IMG/VR virus record: IMGVR_UViG_3300005512_000026
Span: 588 to 64,587 of that record
Strand: one strand, 5' to 3'
Length of the DNA: 64,000 bases
Source: a virus
Lineage: Duplodnaviria; Caudoviricetes
Of this stretch, positions 56,835 to 64,000 are shown piece by piece. The notes under the pieces were generated by a model, which did not search any database, had not been told where the DNA came from, and saw only the letters and a list, made by a program, of their open reading frames with translations. The translations under genes were made by a program, and so were the position numbers. The first letter of the stretch is position 1. Each line of letters starts with the position of its first letter.

Positions 56835-56882
56835 ATGCCTAAAGGTAAAGGTTACGGAAAAGGCAAGAAGGGAAAGCGATAA
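56835..56882 (+). CDS. 15-aa basic micropeptide MPKGKGYGKGKKGKR
   Basis: AGGAGG RBS at ~56824-56829; TAATG coupling to next ORF. Confidence 0.55.
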   Translation: MPKGKGYGKGKKGKR

Positions 56883-57049
56883 TGGGCATCAAAACGTCGC
56901 ATGAAGACCTTGCTGGTGTTATCAGGGATTACGCAATAGAAAATGCACAGTTGCGACTAGATAACGCTAAGTATCTTCGCACGATTACTGAGATGGAAAT
57001 GGCGCAGGCTGCTGAAGCAGAAGAGAAGCCTGTTAAGAAAGCAAAGTAA
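56882..57049 (+). CDS. 55-aa helical hypothetical protein
   Basis: Hand-translated; fills gap exactly between coupled genes. Confidence 0.55.
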   Translation: MGIKTSHEDLAGVIRDYAIENAQLRLDNAKYLRTITEMEMAQAAEAEEKPVKKAK

Positions 57050-57349
57050 ATGTCAGGTATTGCTAACGGGTTGGTAACGGTAAGCAGCGCGGGGACGGCG
57101 GTACGGTTTACGTCTGCTACTACTCCGTTGAAGTCAATACTGGTACACGCTACTACTGGCAATGCAGGGAACGTGTTTGTTGGAGATTCTAGTGTGGACT
57201 CCACAAACACTCCACCTCTTGCTCCAGACGAGACCTTGGAAATTCTGTTCAAGAATGTAGACGGTGAAACTGCGGGAGACTTAGGCGACTTCTATGTTGA
57301 CGCTGCAAACAACGGCGATACAGTAACGTACTTTGCGGTGATCTTGTAA
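57050..57349 (+). CDS. Small beta-rich hypothetical protein
   Basis: 99 aa. Confidence 0.55.
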   Translation: MSGIANGLVTVSSAGTAVRFTSATTPLKSILVHATTGNAGNVFVGDSSVDSTNTPPLAPDETLEILFKNVDGETAGDLGDFYVDAANNGDTVTYFAVIL

Positions 57350-58533
57350 TGTCGGTATCTATAGGTCGCCCGTCTTCAAAGCCTGGTCGTGTATCAGTTG
57401 TGAACTCCAGCACAGCCACGCTTGCTGGGGATGCTGTGTTTACCGGCACAGCGGAAGATGTTTCGTCTTATGGTGGAATTTCGGTCTTTGCTTACTCCGA
57501 TGTGGACAGTGCGAGTGGCGGGTTACTGTTCCAGTCCAGTAGTGACGGAACGAACTGGGACTCGTCGCTTCCAGTAACTCTTACTGGTGGCACTCGTGAG
57601 ATACACACGCTTGCGGTTATTTCAAAGTATTTCCGTGTTGTTTATACCAACGGTAGTTCTGCACAGTCTGAGTTCAGGCTTCAGACCATATTTACAACCA
57701 ATGACGGGAAACTGACCAGTCGTGCCTCTTCTGTTATTTCTGAAGACTATGACGTGCAGCTTACTCGTGTTGTCAGCGAGTACGGCACTGATGTTGCCAA
57801 CGGGCTAAACCCTGAACGATCAGTAGTCTCCAAGTTTGGCGAGGCAGTAAGCCTTACCACCAGTTACACCCCTGTCTCAATAGGACAGGTTTACCAAACG
57901 CCACAGGTTGCTGGTGCTACGACACTCCGTATACGTGCAGGTAATACCAACGATACTGCTGCTGGTAGCGGTGCGAGAGAGATCACGCTTGAAGGGCTAG
58001 ATGAAACAGGTGCGTTTGCAACGGAGACACTTGCTACGGCTGGCACGTCTGCGTCATCCGCAACTACTACCACATGGTTGAGGTTATTCAGGGCTTATGT
58101 GTCCAAGTCTGGTACATACGCTACCGCTGCTGCTGGTTCACACTCGGCTGACATCGACATAGAAACTACAGGTGGCACGTTATGGGCAACGATTTCTTCA
58201 ACAGGGTTCCCTAAGGCTCAAACTCAAATAGGGGTTTATACAATTCCTCTTGGTAAAACAGGGTTCCTACGCGAATACCACTTGACTGTAAATACGTCTG
58301 GGGCAAAAACCGTGGACTTTGCTATGTTCAAGCGTGAGAACATATTAGAGACCAGTGCTCCCTACACAGGCATGACACTACTTCACGAACTAATTGGTAT
58401 CGGGGACACGGTAGATTTCGAGTACAAAATTCCAACGGTGTTACCAGCACTGACGGACTTCGGGTTTATGGCTAAAGGAGCAAGCTCTCCCGACGCAACG
58501 GTAGAGTTTACAATTGAGCTGGTAGATTCTTAG
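57349..58533 (+). CDS. Putative virion structural protein
   Basis: 394 aa S/T/G-rich; 'VSKFG','NDTAAGSGAREITLEGLD'. Confidence 0.5.
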   Translation: MSVSIGRPSSKPGRVSVVNSSTATLAGDAVFTGTAEDVSSYGGISVFAYSDVDSASGGLLFQSSSDGTNWDSSLPVTLTGGTREIHTLAVISKYFRVVYTNGSSAQSEFRLQTIFTTNDGKLTSRASSVISEDYDVQLTRVVSEYGTDVANGLNPERSVVSKFGEAVSLTTSYTPVSIGQVYQTPQVAGATTLRIRAGNTNDTAAGSGAREITLEGLDETGAFATETLATAGTSASSATTTTWLRLFRAYVSKSGTYATAAAGSHSADIDIETTGGTLWATISSTGFPKAQTQIGVYTIPLGKTGFLREYHLTVNTSGAKTVDFAMFKRENILETSAPYTGMTLLHELIGIGDTVDFEYKIPTVLPALTDFGFMAKGASSPDATVEFTIELVDS

Positions 58534-58543
58534 AAGGAGAACT

Positions 58544-58753
58544 ATGGGAAGTGAACAAGAATTCACGCTGGAACAGTGGGTAGCGGACATCTCAGAAGCC
58601 CACAACAACCACGCCAAGATGATCGAGACTCTACAACTGCGCCAAGATAACGTGAACGAGCGCTTGGAAGCTGTAGAAGAATCTGTAAACAGTATTCGCC
58701 AGTCAGTGAACTCCATCTTGGGGTATTTAGACATCACCATTGAAGGGAACTAA
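58544..58753 (+). CDS. Coiled-coil hypothetical protein
   Basis: AAGGAG RBS; 69 aa. Confidence 0.55.
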   Translation: MGSEQEFTLEQWVADISEAHNNHAKMIETLQLRQDNVNERLEAVEESVNSIRQSVNSILGYLDITIEGN

Positions 58754-58779
58754 CGGCGCTGCTACTATAGGGGCATACT

Positions 58780-58914
58780 ATGAAAGCACTAGAACGGAAA
58801 GCGTGTATCAGATGCAAGCACGAGTGGTGGCCTCGAACAACTAGAGAGCCAGTGAGATGCCCTGCTTGCAAATCCCCTTACTGGAACAAGTCACGACAGA
58901 GGAAATCTAAATGA
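58780..58914 (+). CDS. 44-aa zinc-ribbon protein
   Basis: CIRC...WWPR....P..CPACKSPYWN; hand-translated. Confidence 0.6.
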   Translation: MKALERKACIRCKHEWWPRTTREPVRCPACKSPYWNKSRQRKSK

Positions 58915-59273
58915 CAACTAATCCAGAAACACCGGAGACCGACAACACTGAAGAAGAGGTTGTCGAGCCTGCTCCTAAGAAGAAGCCTGTGCGTAAGCGT
59001 AAGCCAGCAGCAAAGAAGCCGACTACTCGTAAAGCATCTCCCAAGAAGGTTCCGACTACACCAAAGGAATTTACTGAGGAAATCAAAGAGAACCTTACCG
59101 AGACTAAAGATCGTGTTGTTGAAGAAGCCGTTCAGCCAGCAAAAGAACTTATAGATAAGTGGGGCGGTATGGCGGACTACGCTGTGGATGCTGTGCTAAA
59201 CGCTAAAGATAATGCTCTTGCTTGGTGGGATGGTTTCGTAGGCAATGAGAAGAAGAAAGAAGAAGACGAGTAA
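58911..59273 (+). CDS. Charged disordered N-terminus plus amphipathic C-terminus; first gene of X TatC cassette
   Basis: 120 aa; analogue of 17417-17770. Confidence 0.6.
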   Translation: MTTNPETPETDNTEEEVVEPAPKKKPVRKRKPAAKKPTTRKASPKKVPTTPKEFTEEIKENLTETKDRVVEEAVQPAKELIDKWGGMADYAVDAVLNAKDNALAWWDGFVGNEKKKEEDE

Positions 59274-59537
59274 TGCACCCTTTAGGCTGGATGCTTCGCT
59301 TCTTTCTAATAGCGCTGCTTGGTGCAGCAACTGCGGAACAGGTTATGTCCTGGCTGCTACCGAATGTAGGTGATCCCGAAAAGGGGGTTACGTTTCGTGG
59401 CAGTGGGAACACTGATCGGAACTGTCGGGACGATGCGTAACTTTACATCATCTGTTCGTGGATACCGTCAAAAGGTTTTTGGCGGGGTAAACAAGTTTGG
59501 CGTTCTGGGTAAATTCAGCCGCCGAAAGGAACTGTAA
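59273..59537 (+). CDS. Two-TM holin-like protein interrupted by a +1 frameshift at a G5 run (59383-59387)
   Basis: Frame 0 stops at 59440; +1 frame gives second TM and basic tail to 59537. Confidence 0.5.
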
Positions 59538-59539
59538 AA

Positions 59540-59662
59540 ATGGATATTCCAATTATGGTCATTGCGGCAGTTTGTGCCACGATCATTGTTGTTGGGTTCG
59601 CTGTTCGGACGTACAACAAGATCAAGAGCAAAGCCGTAGCGGACGCACAGAAAAAGGCATAG
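59540..59662 (+). CDS. 40-aa single-TM peptide (MDIPIMVIAAVCATIIVVGFAVRTYNKIKSKAVADAQKKA)
   Basis: AAGGA RBS; immediately upstream of tatC, as 18142-18309 is in Y. Confidence 0.6.
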   Translation: MDIPIMVIAAVCATIIVVGFAVRTYNKIKSKAVADAQKKA

Positions 59663-59665
59663 CCC

Positions 59666-60718
59666 TTGCACCCTCGTTCATCTTACGAACGGTGGTACAC
59701 AGTCGGGGAACGGTGGCGATGGACGGTAATGCTCTCTATTGCCGCCTTTTTCGCCGCTGCTCTCTCGACGTTTTATTGGCACGAAGAAGTGTTTGCTTTT
59801 CTTCTTGCCCCAGCAGACGGCAAACTATCTCCCTTCGACGGTAAGCCTATCGTCACTGTTCCCACAGGAGGCTTCGGAGCCACCCTGGGAATATCACTAT
59901 CAGCAGGCAAGATAGCTGCTATACCTGTTTTTGCGGTTGGCATTGTTGCCCTTGCAAAACCCCTGATGCCCCACAGTTGGTGGCAGCGCTTCTTAGCCAT
60001 CAATGTGACTGCTGGCTTTACCCTGTTTACTCTTGGTTGCGTGTTCGTTTACTACGTCATGCTTCCGGTGAGTATGAGGTTTCTTCTCTCGTATGCAGAC
60101 GACACCGTTGTATATGTAATAACCCTTGAAGCGTACTTAGAGATGGTGTTCGCCCTGTTCCGGTGGATAGGGCTGATCTTCTTGATTCCGTTGGGAATGA
60201 ACATGCTGGCTCGAACAGGTCAGTTTTCGTATCCAAGAGTCAAAGCGCTCTACAGACTGATCTTTTTTCTGACGTTGTTCTTTTCAGCACTTATCTCCCC
60301 AGGGCTTGACCCTGTGCTTACCGTAATGGTTGCTGTGCCGATGTATTCGCTGTACTTGGTCGGACTCGGTGGCGTGTGGGTCGTTAGGCCAGAGACAGGG
60401 AACTTCTTGTGGTTCTGGACGATGAAGCCTTGGTACGACAGATTGGGAATAACATGGCTGTCGTTGAGGGTTGCGGCTTTGGCGGTCTTGCTGATCGAAG
60501 CTGTTGTGTGGCTAGTAGACGCTGCACTGAGAACTGTTATCGGTCTAATGCGAGCGCTTCGGTCGCTCGTAGCGGCGCTTATTCGGTCTCGCCACGCACT
60601 GTATGCGTCAATCAGGCTGGAACAGCGTCTCTGGCGACTCTGGCTGCGTTTCTGGAGACTACCTGAACGCATTGGCTACTGGCTGGCAGACAAGATTGCT
60701 AATGTATTCTCACGATGA
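59666..60718 (+). CDS. tatC: TatC-family membrane protein, divergent, with long C-terminal extension (phage X)
   Basis: 'LSPFDGKP','FVYYVMLP...RFLL','ALISPGLDP...VPMYSLY'. Confidence 0.8.
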   Translation: MHPRSSYERWYTVGERWRWTVMLSIAAFFAAALSTFYWHEEVFAFLLAPADGKLSPFDGKPIVTVPTGGFGATLGISLSAGKIAAIPVFAVGIVALAKPLMPHSWWQRFLAINVTAGFTLFTLGCVFVYYVMLPVSMRFLLSYADDTVVYVITLEAYLEMVFALFRWIGLIFLIPLGMNMLARTGQFSYPRVKALYRLIFFLTLFFSALISPGLDPVLTVMVAVPMYSLYLVGLGGVWVVRPETGNFLWFWTMKPWYDRLGITWLSLRVAALAVLLIEAVVWLVDAALRTVIGLMRALRSLVAALIRSRHALYASIRLEQRLWRLWLRFWRLPERIGYWLADKIANVFSR

Positions 60719-60810
60719 GATTCCCACGCTGGCTGCTAGACCTGTTGCTGCTGGCGGCAGTGTACGGCATTACTGCGTACTGGGGAGTCTACGTCTGCGG
60801 GTGGTGCTGA
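60715..60810 (+). CDS. 31-aa TM micropeptide ending in CGWC
   Basis: MRFPRWLLDLLLLAAVYGITAYWGVYVCGWC; homologous to 19219-19320. Confidence 0.75.
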   Translation: MRFPRWLLDLLLLAAVYGITAYWGVYVCGWC

Positions 60811-60848
60811 AGCCATGTGGCAGAATGTTCGCAAGAAAGAGGGATTAT

Positions 60849-61088
60849 ATGGGAATGATTAACTGGGCGGGACTTCCGTTCATACTGGGCGGTGAGGCTT
60901 TATCGGCACTGCGCTCGTATAACTTCTGGGCTGCCGTCGCAATGATCGTGGCCATATCTTGGGCGTTCCAAGGGGTCGTGAACAGCGAGGCAATGCTCAA
61001 GTCCACTTATACATGCGAAGACTCCACTGACAAGATGCTTTGGTGGGAAGGCTTCTCAGAAGCCCCAGAATGGTGTTCTAATGACTAA
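60849..61088 (+). CDS. 79-aa membrane protein
   Basis: Hydrophobic segments; last + strand gene before convergent block. Confidence 0.5.
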   Translation: MGMINWAGLPFILGGEALSALRSYNFWAAVAMIVAISWAFQGVVNSEAMLKSTYTCEDSTDKMLWWEGFSEAPEWCSND

Positions 61089-61628
61089 CCAAGAAGACCG
61101 CATCAGACGGGTGGAGGCAAGCCCCTTGACAGATCCTGTAACTCGTATTCCGTCACAGAGTACTGGAAGTCGAATGGAACTCGAAGCCGACGTGTCCGAC
61201 TGGCTGAATCAATCTCCACCAAGTTAACGCAAATAGGGCAAACGTCCGGGCACTGCGGATGGTCTAGTGGTTCAGGAGCTTCTGGCGCGGTGTCGCTATC
61301 GCAGATGCGTAAAGCGACCCCTGTCAGCTGGTCACGGAACCAGAAATGAAGTACAGGCGGCTTTTGATCGGGTAGCACTCCCGGCCACGCGGTGATCTCC
61401 ATATTTTTCTCCCTGCATACAAAAGTAGCCGTTTCGGGAGAGTCGCTCTTAGAGACTCCGTTACCTGATTTGATCAGTACGAAGAATTATGAACGCCCCT
61501 CTATCCGAACACCAATCGTGTTACAGAAAACCCCTCGGAGCGCGGATTGGAGACAACGCTGCTCAACGAGGGGCTTCCAAATATGTACGCCCAGCCTACA
61601 AAGGCGCACACCAACAGAGTACCACGGC

Positions 61629-62048
61629 TTACGTTCCCCACGTAACTGTGATGGCGGTGCGCTCTTCTCCAATTGGACACCGCCACTTCTGTAGGAATAT
61701 CCGGTCTACTTGATTATCGTCTTGCCACACAGAAGCCTCAGAGAGACCGTCCATAATTGGCTTTAGTAGATTGTCACTGTCCGGTTTGCTGACGTGCGCT
61801 GTGGTGCTGTTGGCTACCTTCTTTGGCTTGCCTTTCGCCCACGGCAGATACACGTCAACCATGAGTCCTACTGGCACGTCCTCTGGGGCAGTCTCTACTT
61901 GGTGTTCACGCATCGCTAAGAAGGCTTGTTCTTTTACGACTGCCTTCCAGCGAGCGACGTTCGGAGTATTGTGCATTCCCCGTCCGCCCTTGTTGATGCG
62001 TGGTCTACCGGCTGCTGCCTTGCCCTCTATGGTGAACTCCAGTTTCAT
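61629..62048 (-). CDS. rusA: RusA-family Holliday junction resolvase
   Basis: 'KPDSDNLLKPIMDGL','WQDDNQV'. Confidence 0.85.
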   Translation of the reverse strand: MKLEFTIEGKAAAGRPRINKGGRGMHNTPNVARWKAVVKEQAFLAMREHQVETAPEDVPVGLMVDVYLPWAKGKPKKVANSTTAHVSKPDSDNLLKPIMDGLSEASVWQDDNQVDRIFLQKWRCPIGEERTAITVTWGT

Positions 62049-62180
62049 CTAGTACCACCCAGTAGCCCTGCCGAGTCCAAGGATTGCTAGCCCAAAGAAC
62101 ACGGCAGAGCCACCGTAGACGCTTACCATCATGGACACATGGCGTACTAATGCCCACCCATGCAGGCGTTCGTTACTCAA
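62049..62180 (-). CDS. 43-aa membrane peptide
   Basis: Hand-translated, TTG start, fills gap between S26 gene and rusA. Confidence 0.35.
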   Translation of the reverse strand: MSNERLHGWALVRHVSMMVSVYGGSAVFFGLAILGLGRATGWY

Positions 62181-62712
62181 CGAAGTACCCGTCAGCAATG
62201 CCGACTACTTTGTAGATAACGTTTCGGTTTTCTACGATGCAGCGGTCACTGATGTACGTGTTGTCGCCACGAGTTCGGAAGCCGATGTCACCAGCAACGC
62301 TCGTAACTCGGTGAGTTGCCCGGCAGTCTCCGTAAGGGCTGTCGTTCTGTGCAAACCCAATAACGTCACCAACTCCGACTTCGATGCCGAGTTCCAGCGG
62401 ATGCCAGATCACGAGTAGTAGGTCGGTGTCGTTGATGAACGGAGCCATCGAGGTTCCCTGTACCCGCATGTCGGTGAACCTGCCCTGTGGGGCAAACTCA
62501 GCCTCGAAGACAAAGTACGGAACGATCTCACCGGTGTCTGCTCGGCGTACCGGAGTGTTCGGGTCGAGATGTTCGTAAGCTGGCTGGACTTGTGAAATGT
62601 CCCACTCGCCATTACCTTCGCCCCAGTTGTCGGCGGATACTGTCGCCACAGTGACGGTTGCCAGCATCGCAATGATTGCCAGTACCGGAAGGATTCTAAA
62701 TTTCAGATTCAT
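62173..62712 (-). CDS. S26 signal-peptidase-like protein with its own N-terminal signal peptide
   Basis: 'VQGTSMAP','GDVIGF','ATHRV','RTRGDN'; N-term MNLKFRILPVLAIIAMLATVTVATVSA. Confidence 0.75.
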   Translation of the reverse strand: MNLKFRILPVLAIIAMLATVTVATVSADNWGEGNGEWDISQVQPAYEHLDPNTPVRRADTGEIVPYFVFEAEFAPQGRFTDMRVQGTSMAPFINDTDLLLVIWHPLELGIEVGVGDVIGFAQNDSPYGDCRATHRVTSVAGDIGFRTRGDNTYISDRCIVENRNVIYKVVGIADGYFVE

Positions 62713-63181
62713 TTGTGTTCTCTCTAGTAGTTGTAGTTCAAATAGGTCGCATTAGTTATTTCACTTTCACTCCAATCTTCTTGTAGGAAAATGTTTGCCT
62801 TAGCCCTTTAGATGGTATGAATTGTGGTTCCTGGTGCTAGTTGCGCCTACGGGCGGGAGCATTGCTCAACCAACCCGCACACGACTTCCACTCGAAAGAA
62901 CCACAACGAACAACGAGGGCATTAGTTATTGTAGTGATGGAGCAGATAACGTCTAGCGTCGATGGCGTGTTAGGCGGAGCAGGTGACTCACTTCCCATCT
63001 TCTGGCTTATACGTGGATGTTTACACATGGACTGTGAACACAGCAGTCACAGCAGTATTCTGCTCCAATTGGATAGCCTAGTTCACTGTGATTGAATCCA
63101 CACCACTCTTGAAACTCTTTCCTGTCTGTTTTCTCTGGGCATACATGGTTTTCCATTTCCTATTCCTCTCTCGCTAGCGTG

Positions 63182-63367
63182 TTAGAGAATCCTGTCGGTC
63201 ACCAACCACAGCACAATCAACCGCCACACAGCAGTCGAGTCCAACACGACAGCGACCCATGCAGGGACATACCTGTCGATCAACCCGAACAATATCTGTA
63301 AAGGGTAACTCAGCACCCAGAACACAGGCGCAAAAACACTCTCGGTCATACGCATTACTCTAATCAT
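63182..63367 (-). CDS. Small membrane protein
   Basis: 61 aa hydrophobic; GAGAGGAATAGGA leader shared with a neighbouring start. Confidence 0.45.
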   Translation of the reverse strand: MIRVMRMTESVFAPVFWVLSYPLQILFGLIDRYVPAWVAVVLDSTAVWRLIVLWLVTDRIL

Positions 63368-63627
63368 TTCCTATTCCTCTCTCTCGCTGGCTCACCAGAT
63401 CGTGTATCCGATGCAGAGCGATATCCCTTCTGACTTTCGTTGTGCCGTATGAAGAATCCCTTGCGCGGTTCAGCTTGCTTCACGATGGTTCGTTGCTCGC
63501 AGTAATGACAGGTAGCGAACATCGTCTTACCGTCTGCGCCTAGTTGCGGGTTCCTCGGCTTGAACTGTTGTGGCGATAACCGGATCATGTTCGGCTCACC
63601 AGCGACGCAGTAGTTACCCAACACCAT
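63364..63627 (-). CDS. Hypothetical protein (CxxC)
   Basis: 87 aa. Confidence 0.45.
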   Translation of the reverse strand: MVLGNYCVAGEPNMIRLSPQQFKPRNPQLGADGKTMFATCHYCEQRTIVKQAEPRKGFFIRHNESQKGYRSASDTRSGEPARERNRK

Positions 63628-63630
63628 CGC

Positions 63631-64000
63631 TTATAACTCCATCACCAGTTGACTCATACGTTTCGCTGCGATCTCGCAATAACGTTCTTCTAGTTCTATG
63701 CCGATTGCCTTGCGGTTCAAGTCTTTGGCAGCACGTAGCGTTGTGCCGCTGCCCATGAACGGGTCGAGAACTGTTCCTTCTGGACACCGCAACAGAACGT
63801 CACGCATAAGCCGTATCGGTTTCTGTGAAGGGTGTTCGTTGAACTCGTCACCAGTGAAGTTAGCAGCGACCGTTGAGTTGATAAAGTAACGACTAAATAG
63901 GTCGTGAATACCCTTCCAGTTGAACGAGTAAATCAATTCAAACTTTGCCACGCCTGCTTGCTTATCCCAGACGCTTATTGATTCGTGGTCGTAGGGGAAT
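63631..64000 (-). CDS. N6/N4 DNA methyltransferase, 5'-truncated by window edge
   Basis: 'HPSQKP','VLDPFMGSGTT','AIGIELEERYCEIA'; frame open to base 64000. Confidence 0.9.
   Translation of the reverse strand, partial: FPYDHESISVWDKQAGVAKFELIYSFNWKGIHDLFSRYFINSTVAANFTGDEFNEHPSQKPIRLMRDVLLRCPEGTVLDPFMGSGTTLRAAKDLNRKAIGIELEERYCEIAAKRMSQLVMEL

Noticed and set aside
1-64000. Alternative genetic code or stop-codon reassignment
   Set aside because: Standard code 11 gives dense, full-length, translationally coupled genes ending in all three stops.
1-64000. tRNA, tmRNA or rRNA genes
   Set aside because: No cloverleaf with T-loop GTTCRA and matching acceptor stem noticed in intergenic gaps; a tRNAscan run would be needed to exclude fully.

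Overview
All 64 kb is bacteriophage DNA; I found no host genes, rRNA, tRNA or CRISPR. The window is best read as two tailed-phage genomes joined through a direct repeat inside their tail-fibre genes. The repeat is 627 bp (13108-13734 vs 55583-56209, offset 42,475 bp, 6 mismatches) with a 538-bp exact core. Phage X (1-13734 plus 56210-64000, partial) is podovirus-like: giant virion protein, scaffold, capsid, adaptor/nozzle, fibre, then RusA, an S26 peptidase and a DNA methylase on the minus strand. Phage Y (13735-56209) is an apparently complete 42.5-kb siphovirus-like genome: early genes with sigma70 promoters, SNF2 and UvrD helicases, primase, an iteron-like origin, a MTase/PAPS-reductase/glycosyltransferase/ParB cluster, terminase, Mu-like portal/protease, capsid, tail and tape measure. 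Word usage changes at the repeat: GGATCC is abundant in Y and not seen by eye in X. The join is either a real cointegrate or an assembly chimera; reads are needed to decide. The most novel-looking system is shared by both phages. Downstream of the fibre genes, where a holin/endolysin cassette normally sits, each has a syntenic membrane cassette. It is built around a TatC homologue lacking the twin-arginine-binding residues, flanked by tiny membrane peptides, including a conserved ~32-aa TM peptide ending in CxWC. No endolysin is recognisable in the complete Y genome. All family calls are by-eye motif recognition, not database searches.
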